Source of the DNA: Deltaproteobacteria bacterium
GTDB taxonomy: Bacteria > Desulfobacterota > Syntrophia > Syntrophales > Smithellaceae
Length of the DNA stretch: 64,000 nucleotides
Direction of reading: 5' to 3'
Assembly: GCA_026388535.1 (NCBI GenBank)
Contig: JAPLJP010000026.1
Coordinates: 1,391-65,390, forward strand
Positions within the stretch are counted from its first letter, which is position 1; each line of letters begins with the position of its first letter. Positions 48,914 to 57,416 of this stretch are shown here, one piece after another. The notes beneath the pieces are model-generated. The model was given only the letters and a program-made list of their open reading frames with translations, had not been told where the DNA came from and made no database searches. The position numbers and the translations under genes were made by a program.

Positions 48914-49552
48914 ATGAATAAGCAGCGGCGCCTGGGGTTAATATCGGACAGCCACGGAAACTTCCCAGCTACCGAAGAAGCAATAAATATCCTTGTCGAC
49001 CAAGGTTGTGAGCAGGTGATCCATCTTGGCGATTTCTGTGACACCAATCGCCGCGACCGCATGGAAGATATTTTCCGGCTCTTTCAGGAACGGAGAGTTA
49101 TTGCTGTCAAGGGGAACAACGACTACTTGATTGAGCTGGCTCTGTCCAACTGTGCCGCCGAGGAATATTCCGACCAAAGGTGGATGTATGAATTTCTAAA
49201 AGAGATTCCCATGAAGGTGATTATGGATAATATTTGCTTTGCCCATTCCTTTCCCTTCGACTACCTGCGAGCCTTTTACGAACCCATAGATGTAGGCTCC
49301 ACGGAACGGGCGTCTCTTCTCTTTGGGCAGATGCCCTATTGGATCCTATTCTGCGGCCATTCCCATACACCGGTATATTTTCAATTGAGCTATCCGGACA
49401 GTGTTCTTCGCAAGGTGGCACCACAGGGGAATAAACTTTTATTGGAACCTACCAGTCGTTATATATTCGTAGTTGGTTCCGCCGATGAAGGCGAGTGCGC
49501 TGTCTTCGATGCGGAAGCATCGACATACGAGCGGATTAATATCCGCTCATGA
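48914..49552 (+). CDS. Calcineurin-like metallophosphoesterase
   Basis: SDSHGN, HLGD, KGNND, GHSH. Confidence 0.85.
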   Translation: MNKQRRLGLISDSHGNFPATEEAINILVDQGCEQVIHLGDFCDTNRRDRMEDIFRLFQERRVIAVKGNNDYLIELALSNCAAEEYSDQRWMYEFLKEIPMKVIMDNICFAHSFPFDYLRAFYEPIDVGSTERASLLFGQMPYWILFCGHSHTPVYFQLSYPDSVLRKVAPQGNKLLLEPTSRYIFVVGSADEGECAVFDAEASTYERINIRS

Positions 49553-49560
49553 GTTTATGT

Positions 49561-49586
49561 AAGGGGGAATACATGGTATCCCCCTT
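49561..49586. terminator. Bidirectional terminator-like hairpin
   Basis: AAGGGGGA..TCCCCCTT between convergent genes. Confidence 0.6.
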
Positions 49587-49598
49587 TGCAAGTTCAAG

Positions 49599-51221
49599 TT
49601 ACAGCGATTTCAACTGACTATCTGCATAGAGCTTACGAAGCTCGCGTTTGTTGAATTTGCCCACGCTGGTCTTGGGTATCTCTTTTAAGAAGATGATCTC
49701 GTCGGGTATCCAAAAGGCGGCCTTGACCTTGTCCTTGAGAAAGTCCTTAATCTCATCAGCGGACACGCTCTGTCCCGGTGTTACAACGACACAGGCCAAA
49801 GGTCTTTCCTGCCATTTGGGGTGCGGTACGCCGATAATGGCGGCCTCAATCACCTTGGGGTGTGCCATGATCAAGTTTTCCATGTCCACCGAGGATATCC
49901 ATTCGCCCGCGCTCTTTACCAGGTCCTTTTTCCGGTCCACAAGCCTTACATAACCCTCTTCGTCAATAGTGCCAATGTCGCCGGTGTGGTACCATCCATC
50001 GATGAATGTTTCTTTGGAACGCTCCGGGTCCTTGTAGTACTCGTTGGCGATCCAGGGACCCCTCAGGCAGACCTCGCCCCACTCTTTGCCGTCCATTTTC
50101 ACCTCGGCTCCGGAATCACCCACGATCTTCATCTCCAGCCCCAAGGCGATAATACCGATGCTCGTCTTGACGTCATAGAGCTTCTCTGCCGGCCAATCAG
50201 CCATGTAGCTCTTGGGAATTGCCGCGGTCGCGAGCGGTGTGGTTTCGGTGGAGCCGTAAGCCTGTTTAATGGGGAAGTTGTACTTCTCGTTGAGATCGAT
50301 CATGAGCTGCCTCGGGATTGCTGCGCCGCCGCTTGCTATGGTCTTCAATGACGAGAAGTCATGCCATCCGCCTTTCTCAAGGTAGTCATACAGGAGCATC
50401 CAAATAGTGGGAACCCCTGCGGTGAAGGTAACTTTTTCCCCCGCAATGGTGTGGCAGAGCTTATCCATATTGATTACTTCGCGGCCGGGAAGCACCTGCT
50501 TACAGCCGGCCCCCACAGCGGCGAAAGGTCCGCACCATGCATTAGCATGGAACATAGGCACGATATGCAGGATGCAGTCCGCCTCGCTGGCGCCGAAGGT
50601 AACGGCCACAGCATAGGTGTGGAGCATGATGGCCCGGTGGGAATACACAACCCCTTTGGGGTCGCCGGTGGTGGCCGAGGTATAGCAGATCATGGCCGGG
50701 TCCCACTCAGAGAGATCTTCAGGGAAATCATACTTCTCCGGGAACTGGGCGATGAGCTCATCGTACATGATAAGGTTCTTTATGCCCGATTCCGGCTTCT
50801 TTCCTGTGTGCGACAACACCACGATGTGCTTGACGGTCTTGAGCTGGTCTTTTATCATCTCCACGAACATAAGCAGGTCCTCATCCACGAAGATGACCTG
50901 GTCTTCGGCATGATTGATGATGTAGACGAGATGATTCATGGGCAGTCTGAAGTTAACCGTGTGAAGAATCGCCCCGGAGCACGGAACTCCGAAGTAGAGT
51001 TCCAGGTGCCGGTGGTCGTTGAGTGCAATGCTCGCCACCCTGTCGCCGCGCTTGATACCTAAAGATTTTAGCGCATGAGCGAGCTGGCATACCCTCTTGT
51101 AGTAGTCCGCATAGGTATATCGGTGGACACTTTCGGGAAACACTGAGACGATTTCTTTTTTGGGGAAATATTTTGCAGACCTCAACAGAAACGTTTTCAG
51201 AAGCAGGGGAAAATCCATCAT
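49599..51221 (-). CDS. Medium/long-chain fatty-acid-CoA ligase (AlkK-like)
   Basis: YTSATTGDPKG, PMFHANAW, YHTGD, KSAGEWISS, TSVGK. Confidence 0.9.
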   Translation of the reverse strand: MMDFPLLLKTFLLRSAKYFPKKEIVSVFPESVHRYTYADYYKRVCQLAHALKSLGIKRGDRVASIALNDHRHLELYFGVPCSGAILHTVNFRLPMNHLVYIINHAEDQVIFVDEDLLMFVEMIKDQLKTVKHIVVLSHTGKKPESGIKNLIMYDELIAQFPEKYDFPEDLSEWDPAMICYTSATTGDPKGVVYSHRAIMLHTYAVAVTFGASEADCILHIVPMFHANAWCGPFAAVGAGCKQVLPGREVINMDKLCHTIAGEKVTFTAGVPTIWMLLYDYLEKGGWHDFSSLKTIASGGAAIPRQLMIDLNEKYNFPIKQAYGSTETTPLATAAIPKSYMADWPAEKLYDVKTSIGIIALGLEMKIVGDSGAEVKMDGKEWGEVCLRGPWIANEYYKDPERSKETFIDGWYHTGDIGTIDEEGYVRLVDRKKDLVKSAGEWISSVDMENLIMAHPKVIEAAIIGVPHPKWQERPLACVVVTPGQSVSADEIKDFLKDKVKAAFWIPDEIIFLKEIPKTSVGKFNKRELRKLYADSQLKSL

Positions 51222-51381
51222 GGTGAAGACCTCCTTATGGTATTATTGTATTACACATGTTAACACATGTATTAGCACTACCGGAAAATCAAGAGTTTTT
51301 TATTCGTACATTTTCTCGCCGTCTGCATTAGCGTTTACGGCATCGGTCTACACGTTGCGCACATCCTCCTTCGAAAGTTTT

Positions 51382-51419
51382 TATCAGGGAGAGTGGAACT
51401 GTTTCCCCTCTCCCTGATA
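51382..51419 (-). terminator. Terminator hairpin after acyl-CoA dehydrogenase
   Basis: TATCAGGGAGAG..CTCTCCCTGATA. Confidence 0.6.
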
Positions 51420-51423
51420 TTTC

Positions 51424-53286
51424 TTAAGCAAAACTCTCCGTAGCGATTTCAATCACGGAAAGATCTTCGCTCTTAATGGCCTTCGCGGCGGCATCAACCT
51501 CCGGCAGAATGTTCTTAATGAAGAACCGTGCCCCGGAGACCTTACCGGCATAGAAAGCGGCATCATGATTATTATTGATGAATTCTTTCCAGACAACTGC
51601 ATCCGAAGGTGCCACACCATTATTTTTGCTCAGGACATTCAGCTTATTTCCGGCGATACCGGCCTGCCAGAGAAGCAGCCAACCGGAAATGACCTTTCCC
51701 ATCATCATCATAAAGGGATAGGCGTGACTCACCGGTACCATGAACTTGCCCTCCCGTGCACAGTTGGAAAAGAACAGTCCCATTTCCGCCAGCGTGTTAA
51801 TTGCTCCCTGGACGTCGGCGGCCAACCCCGTCAACTCCGGCTGTTCCTTATATTTGGCTACTGTGGCGTTCATCTCTCCCAAAAGGCTCATGAAGTTGGC
51901 GCCTTTCTTCATCCCCAGTTTGCGTCCTATCAGATCCAGAGCCTGAACGCCGTTGGCGCCCTCATAGAGGGAGGCGATCTTTACGTCGCGCATGAACTGC
52001 TCTACGGGATAGTCGGCACAGTAACCGTAACCGCCGTAGACCTGGATGGCCAGCTCAGTAACTTTAAAGCCAACATCGGAACAGTATGCCTTAATGATCG
52101 GGGTGAGGACCTCAATCAGGCCGTGCCATTTCTCTTTTTCGGCATTATCATCCATAGTCATTTCCTTATCGAGAGCAAAAGCAGCAAAGTAAATCAGCGC
52201 CCGCATCCCTTCCACATTTGATTTCATCCATAAAAGCATGCGTCTGACATCGGGATGTTCGATTATGGCGACTTTGGGAGCGGCGTCATTACCGAAATCG
52301 GTAATGGCCGGACACTGGATGCGTTCCTTGGCGTACTGGAGAGCATGAAGATAGGCGATTGAACCACTGCCCACTCCTTGGAGGCCGGTGCCGATTCGGG
52401 CCTCGTTCATCATCTGGAACATAACCTTGATGCCTTTTCGCTCTTCCCCAAGAAGCTCCCCGTAACACTGGCCGTTATCACCGAAGTTGATGGTGCCGGT
52501 AGGACTCCCATGGAAACCCATCTTTTCTTCGATCTTGGCTATTTCGTAGTCGTTTCGTCTGCCCAGAGAGCCGTCGTTGTTCACGATGTATTTGGGGACG
52601 ATGAAGATGGAAATGCCCCTGGTGCCGGCGGGATCACCCTCGATTCGGGCAAGAACGGGATGGATAATATTTTCGGTGAGGTCCTGATCCAAACCGGTGA
52701 TGAAAGATTTGGTTCCTTGGATCAGAAAGGTGCCGTCGGGCTGACGAATCGCCTTGGTGCTGAGGTTGCCGACGTCGGTCCCGGCGTTTGGTTCGGTAAG
52801 ACACATGGTTCCGCCCCACTCTCCGGAGATCATCTTCGGCAAGTATTTTTTCTTCTGATCCTCCGATCCATAGATCTCGACGAGGTGCGATGCACCCTCG
52901 GCCAGGAAAGGTAAGACCATAAAGCTAAGGTTGTGAATGAACCACTCCTTGGCGGCTACAGTTATGCAATAAGGAAGTCCCTGACCGCCGATTTCCGGGG
53001 ATTTGCCCATGGTGTTCCAGCCGCCTTCGCTGTAAAGTTTGTACAGCCGGTGAAATGCTTTTGGAACACTGATCTTCCCGTTCTTCAACTTGCACCCTTC
53101 ACGGTCCGAATCCACCAGGGTGGGGAATATCTCTTCCACGGCAAACTTTTGCGCCTCCGTCAGAATCATGTCAAACATGTCTGGAGAGAAGTCCGTGTAG
53201 GGAGACTTCTCGCAAAGCTTATCCGCCTCCAGCATTTCATAGAGCACAAATTTCTGGTCTCGTTCGTCTACAATCAAATTCGCCAT
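51424..53286 (-). CDS. Long-form acyl-CoA dehydrogenase (FadE5/DmdC-like)
   Basis: GTMCLTEPNAG, IEEKMG.HGS, MFQMMNEAR, HPDVRRML, YEGANGVQALDL. Confidence 0.9.
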   Translation of the reverse strand: MANLIVDERDQKFVLYEMLEADKLCEKSPYTDFSPDMFDMILTEAQKFAVEEIFPTLVDSDREGCKLKNGKISVPKAFHRLYKLYSEGGWNTMGKSPEIGGQGLPYCITVAAKEWFIHNLSFMVLPFLAEGASHLVEIYGSEDQKKKYLPKMISGEWGGTMCLTEPNAGTDVGNLSTKAIRQPDGTFLIQGTKSFITGLDQDLTENIIHPVLARIEGDPAGTRGISIFIVPKYIVNNDGSLGRRNDYEIAKIEEKMGFHGSPTGTINFGDNGQCYGELLGEERKGIKVMFQMMNEARIGTGLQGVGSGSIAYLHALQYAKERIQCPAITDFGNDAAPKVAIIEHPDVRRMLLWMKSNVEGMRALIYFAAFALDKEMTMDDNAEKEKWHGLIEVLTPIIKAYCSDVGFKVTELAIQVYGGYGYCADYPVEQFMRDVKIASLYEGANGVQALDLIGRKLGMKKGANFMSLLGEMNATVAKYKEQPELTGLAADVQGAINTLAEMGLFFSNCAREGKFMVPVSHAYPFMMMMGKVISGWLLLWQAGIAGNKLNVLSKNNGVAPSDAVVWKEFINNNHDAAFYAGKVSGARFFIKNILPEVDAAAKAIKSEDLSVIEIATESFA

Positions 53287-53370
53287 ATCATTTCTCCTTT
53301 AATATAATTAAGTCAGTTTTTGACGCATTCATTTTTTGTCACCGCGGCGTACTTCTCCGGGTGGATTCAG

Positions 53371-53396
53371 GCGAAGGCAGATATATCTGCCTTCGC
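53371..53396. repeat. Perfect 26-bp palindrome within the operon
   Basis: GCGAAGGCAGATA|TATCTGCCTTCGC. Confidence 0.85.
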
Positions 53397-53451
53397 TCTG
53401 CGCAATGGTTAGTCTAAGGTGTGGTCGTGGTACCCTTACGATGAAAATAAC

Positions 53452-53913
53452 TTATTTAGAAGGAAGAGCGGCAATGAAGCTGCCGGTCAGTTTGACGCCT
53501 CCCAGGCCATCGGCGGCCTGAATGTCGCACTGTATGCGGTTTTCCGCATCTTCCACGAATTTTTTCACTACCTTACCGGTGATGGTAATTGTAGCACGGG
53601 CTTTCGTATTTTCGAAATCTGTCAGATCTGCCGGTTCTGTCATTCCGGAGAAGCGAACCTTGAAATTTTTTAAGCACTTGTTATCGATCCATTCCGTAAT
53701 GGCATTGCTTGTTATCCCCATGATCAACATTCCGTGGGCAATAACCCGCTGCATGCCGAACATGGCTACAAAGGTCTCGTCGTGATGCAGGGGATTGAAG
53801 TCTCCGGAGGCACCAGCATAACGGACCAAGTGAGTTCTTGTAATGGGAGCCGATGTGAAGGCGGGCATCGTATCTCCGATATTTATATCCTCGAAGTAGA
53901 TTTTTTTAGCCAT
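53452..53913 (-). CDS. MaoC-like hydratase (HadB-like subunit)
   Basis: YAGASGDFNPLHHD, IAHGML. Confidence 0.88.
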   Translation of the reverse strand: MAKKIYFEDINIGDTMPAFTSAPITRTHLVRYAGASGDFNPLHHDETFVAMFGMQRVIAHGMLIMGITSNAITEWIDNKCLKNFKVRFSGMTEPADLTDFENTKARATITITGKVVKKFVEDAENRIQCDIQAADGLGGVKLTGSFIAALPSK

Positions 53914-53924
53914 AGCGTTCTCCT

Positions 53925-54398
53925 TTATCTTTCTACCAGGGTAGAGCGGGTTTTGATAACGAGCTCTCCGTGTTGATTGCGGATTTCTGTTTCAATGACG
54001 GTGAAATCCATGAATTTACCTGGTTTGTCTTTTTTTTCTTTTTCGTACATCTCGACTACTTTAGATTTTCCTGTCATGATGTCGCCGGGATGGATTGCGC
54101 CCAGGTAATTGTATTCCTCTTCGCCGTGAAGGAGCCTAATCAGGTCGATGCCCAGAGCCTGAATGAGTGGCAAAAGTCCTCCGGCTGCCCAGAGGGGGAA
54201 ACTGGTTTGAAAGGTGGGTGGTGCGATGATGTCCTTGTAGTCAGCTTTTTTCGCTGCTTCCCGGTCTACATAGAGAGGATTTATCTGATCCTTACCTTCT
54301 TTCTGAGAGATGGCCATAGCAAACTCGGCTATCTTTCCCTTTTCCACTTCAAAGGTGTATGAGGGGAACTCCATCCCTACTTTTGATTTATCTGCCAT
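53925..54398 (-). CDS. MaoC N-terminal-type hot-dog partner (HadA-like)
   Basis: EKGKIAEFA, APPTF, LHGEEEY. Confidence 0.85.
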   Translation of the reverse strand: MADKSKVGMEFPSYTFEVEKGKIAEFAMAISQKEGKDQINPLYVDREAAKKADYKDIIAPPTFQTSFPLWAAGGLLPLIQALGIDLIRLLHGEEEYNYLGAIHPGDIMTGKSKVVEMYEKEKKDKPGKFMDFTVIETEIRNQHGELVIKTRSTLVER

Positions 54399-54454
54399 TT
54401 TGCCCTCCTTTTCTTAATATAATGAAAAACTTTAATTATGGATTTATTTAAAAA

Positions 54455-55636
54455 TCAATTTAGAATCCCCTCTTTCTCGTAGTCCCTGATCTGTTCTTCC
54501 GTATAACCGATTTCCAGAAGAACTTCCCGGGAGTGAGTGCCGGCGGGACAGCCCATAAAGCGATATTCCAGTTTTGTGGCGGAAAACTTGATAGGGTTCG
54601 CAATCTGTTTCAATTTTTCTCCCGAGGGGAGGGAGAACTCCACAACCATTTCCCGCGCCAAAGTATTTTCATCAGCGATCGCTTCCGCAAGAGAAAGTAC
54701 TGGTTCCACACAGGCGTCCACCTGCGAAAAAATTTCCGTCCACTGATCCCTTGTTTTTTGCAGGAATATTTCGCGGATCTCTTTTTTTACTTTTTCAAGA
54801 TCAGGCGTGATGATACCGTAGGGAAGCAAATCCTCTCGGCCTATAACGCGGCAAAAGGCGGCGAAGAACTGTGCTTCCAGGCCGCCGAAGCTTATGTATC
54901 GCCCGTCTTTTGTTTCATAGAAATCATAGAGTGAACCGCCGTTTAAAAACTCCTGTTCCCTTTGTGGTTCTGCTGCTCCGGCCAGATAGGTCGCGGCCGT
55001 CATGGCGTTGAAAGCCATAACGCCGTCGGTCATGGAGATATCAATATGCTGTCCCTTCCCCGTATCCTTACGGTGGATTACCGCCGCCAGTATACCGATA
55101 ACGGAGTTGTTGGAGCCGGAGGCCACATCGGCAATTTGCATACCCGTAAGAGAAGGTCCTTTATCTTTTGTTCCGGAGTAGTCCATGAGTCCGGAACGGG
55201 CCAAATAGTTAATGTCATGACCTGCCTTGCTTTTAAGTGGTCCCGTCTGTCCGTAACCAGTGAGAGAACAGTAGATCAGGGAAGGGTTCACAGACTTCAG
55301 ATCTTCATAACCTAAACCCAGCTTGGCCATGACGCCGGGACGGAATTGCTCGATAACGATGTCGTATTTCTTTATAAGTCTGTGGACTATCTCAACAGCA
55401 CTTGTCATCTTGAGGTTGAGGTTCAGGCAGCGTTTTCCCCTCCCCAGGTAGGCAAGGTTGCAGGATAAATCGCTACAGGGGAGGAAGGGCGGCAAGAAGG
55501 AAGCCATGTCGGGGTAAGAGCCGGAAAGTATACGAAGCACCTCGGCACCCATATCGGCCAGCATCATTGTTGCGTAAGGTCCGGGCAGGAGTGTTGTAAA
55601 ATCCAGTATTTTTAAACCGTTCAGAGGTCCGGGCAT
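54455..55636 (-). CDS. CaiB/BaiF family III CoA-transferase / alpha-methylacyl-CoA racemase-like
   Basis: LLPGPYAT..LADMGAEV, FRPGVM, GYGQTGP, AGHDINY. Confidence 0.88.
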   Translation of the reverse strand: MPGPLNGLKILDFTTLLPGPYATMMLADMGAEVLRILSGSYPDMASFLPPFLPCSDLSCNLAYLGRGKRCLNLNLKMTSAVEIVHRLIKKYDIVIEQFRPGVMAKLGLGYEDLKSVNPSLIYCSLTGYGQTGPLKSKAGHDINYLARSGLMDYSGTKDKGPSLTGMQIADVASGSNNSVIGILAAVIHRKDTGKGQHIDISMTDGVMAFNAMTAATYLAGAAEPQREQEFLNGGSLYDFYETKDGRYISFGGLEAQFFAAFCRVIGREDLLPYGIITPDLEKVKKEIREIFLQKTRDQWTEIFSQVDACVEPVLSLAEAIADENTLAREMVVEFSLPSGEKLKQIANPIKFSATKLEYRFMGCPAGTHSREVLLEIGYTEEQIRDYEKEGILN

Positions 55637-55648
55637 CGATAGCCTCCT

Positions 55649-56791
55649 TTATAGACCCATGAAACGGGCAGCAATCATCTTCATGATTTCATTAGTTCCG
55701 GCGAAGATCCTGGTGACCCGGATGTCTCGCCAGGCGCGGGATATGGGATATTCATCGCAGTAACCATAACCGCCATAGAGTTGGAGGCAGCGGTCGGCGA
55801 CTTTGAAGGCCATATCTGTCGTCCAGTACTTGGCCATGGAGACTTCCACGACCACGTTTTTACCTTCGACATGATCCATAATGAGCTTGTCCAGGAAGGT
55901 CCGTCCCAGCTTTGCCTCGGTTGACATCTCAACGAGCTCGAACTGGGTGTGCTGGAATTTGGAAATAGGTTTCCCGAATGCCGTTCTCTCTTTGCAATAC
56001 TGGATCGTCATTGCCACCATCATCTCCGCCGCCGCCACGGCACCGATAGCGCAAATGAGTCTTTCCTGCTGAAGTTTCTCCATAAGTTTCAGGAATCCTG
56101 TTCCCTTTTGCCCCATCCTGTTTTCCTTGGGAATACGGCAGTCGGTAAAGTACATTTCCGCCGTGTCCTGGCTGTGCCATCCGATTTTTTTTATCTGCTT
56201 ACCTTTCTCGAAACCGGGAGTTTTGGCATCGACTAGAAAAAGATCGACAGCGGCGTGTGGATTGGTTTCGGAAGGATCTTTAGCAGCTACAACGACGAGG
56301 TCACAGTTGATACCGTTGCTGATAAATGTCTTCTGCCCATTTAATATTATATGATCGCCATCTTCAACGGCGGTGGTCTTCATGGAGGCTAAGTCGCTTC
56401 CCGCGTTGGGTTCCGTCATGGCCACGGCGGTGATGATGTCGCCGGAGATGCAGCCGGGAAGATATTTATGTTTATGTTCTTCGGAAGCGAAAGCGGTGAT
56501 ATAGGGGACAACAATGTCGCTGTGCAGGCCGGCCGTCAGACCGGAGAAACCACTTTTCGTTGTCTCTTCAGTAACGATGACGGAATAGAGGAAATCGGCT
56601 CCCAGCCCGCCGTACTCTTCCGGTACGCTCGTACAAAGAAAACCCTGCTCGCCCATCTTCTTCCAGATGCTTCTGGGAACAATGCCCGCCTCCTCCCACT
56701 CCTCAATGTGGGGTACGACTTCCTTGTCAAGGAACTTCCTTAAAGAATCTCTGAATATCTTGTGCTCTTCCGAATAGTTGATAATCTCCAT
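55649..56791 (-). CDS. Acyl-CoA dehydrogenase (long-chain type)
   Basis: AMTEPNAGSDL, GQKTFISNG, QDTAE, RIFAGTNEIM. Confidence 0.92.
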   Translation of the reverse strand: MEIINYSEEHKIFRDSLRKFLDKEVVPHIEEWEEAGIVPRSIWKKMGEQGFLCTSVPEEYGGLGADFLYSVIVTEETTKSGFSGLTAGLHSDIVVPYITAFASEEHKHKYLPGCISGDIITAVAMTEPNAGSDLASMKTTAVEDGDHIILNGQKTFISNGINCDLVVVAAKDPSETNPHAAVDLFLVDAKTPGFEKGKQIKKIGWHSQDTAEMYFTDCRIPKENRMGQKGTGFLKLMEKLQQERLICAIGAVAAAEMMVAMTIQYCKERTAFGKPISKFQHTQFELVEMSTEAKLGRTFLDKLIMDHVEGKNVVVEVSMAKYWTTDMAFKVADRCLQLYGGYGYCDEYPISRAWRDIRVTRIFAGTNEIMKMIAARFMGL

Positions 56792-56833
56792 TTCCTGTTT
56801 CTCCTTTTTTAAAAGTATATTCGTTTCATTCCC

Positions 56834-56946
56834 AGAGACGCGATTACTTTCCAGAAAAAATCAAAAAATTGTTAATCGTGTCGGCAAGTTTCCTTTGATG
56901 AAAAATATTTATAGATTGTTCCGGTGCTGATTCAACTTTCTTTTTG
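56834..56946 (-). pseudogene. Internally deleted relic of the tetR gene at 34612
   Basis: Minus strand matches tetR ~34743-34797 (GAAAGT.GAATCAGCAC.GGAACAATCTA.AAATATTTTTCATCAAAGGA) joined to ~35159-35219 (GGAAACTTGCCGACACGAT..TTCTGGAAAGT). Confidence 0.85.
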
Positions 56947-56950
56947 TTGC

Positions 56951-57012
56951 GCTTACAAATAAAATATGAAACATTGTTTTAAATGTCAAGACAAAAATGA
57001 AACATTGTTTCA
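56951..57012 (-). promoter_or_regulatory. Second copy of the promoter/double-operator module
   Basis: TGAAACATTGTTTTA (56967), TGTCAA (56984), TGAAACATTGTTTCA (56998); reverse complement closely matches 34551-34607. Confidence 0.85.
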
Positions 57013-57035
57013 ATAAAATTCAAGTATACGGAATA

Positions 57036-57246
57036 AAAGGTTTTTAACGCTCTCGAATGACTTGCAAACATGTGAACATACCGAACAGGGATGGTATTAC
57101 AGCTACTACAGCAACATGTCGTGGGGGGTAAAAGGAAAGCAACGATACTGCTGTTTCCTTGAATCCTTGAGTCAAAGGGGGTGGTGAAGACCTTCGAGAA
57201 AAATTGGGCTAGGCTTATTCAGAAAATATACGAGATCGATCCTTAT
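57036..57246 (+). mobile_element. Degenerate IS91-family (rolling-circle) transposase relic, C-terminal part
   Basis: Frame-broken translation KVFNALE*LANM..IPNR..YYSYYSN..KNWARLIQKIYEIDP resembles the IS91/ISCR-type C-terminus as I recall it. Confidence 0.7.
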
Positions 57247-57354
57247 TTGTTTAATTATCAGAAATATTTATAACTCAATATATCCAATACTACAAATTAT
57301 TTCGATGGCTGTTTTTCAGAATAATTTTTCTATGATTATGACCAACATGGCAAG

Positions 57355-57398
57355 AAAATACAAAAGGCAGGCTTTGAATGGCCTGCCTTTTGTATTTT
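57355..57398 (-). terminator. Rho-independent terminator of the degP-like gene
   Basis: AAAATACAAAAGGCAGGC-loop-GCCTGCCTTTTGTATTTT. Confidence 0.8.
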
Positions 57399-57416
57399 AA
57401 GAAATTGATAGTCTGT

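Noticed and set aside
34551-57012. Inverted modules as terminal inverted repeats of a 22-kb transposon
   Set aside because: Better explained as duplicated tetR promoters, since homology extends into tetR coding sequence; no target duplication or intact transposase seen
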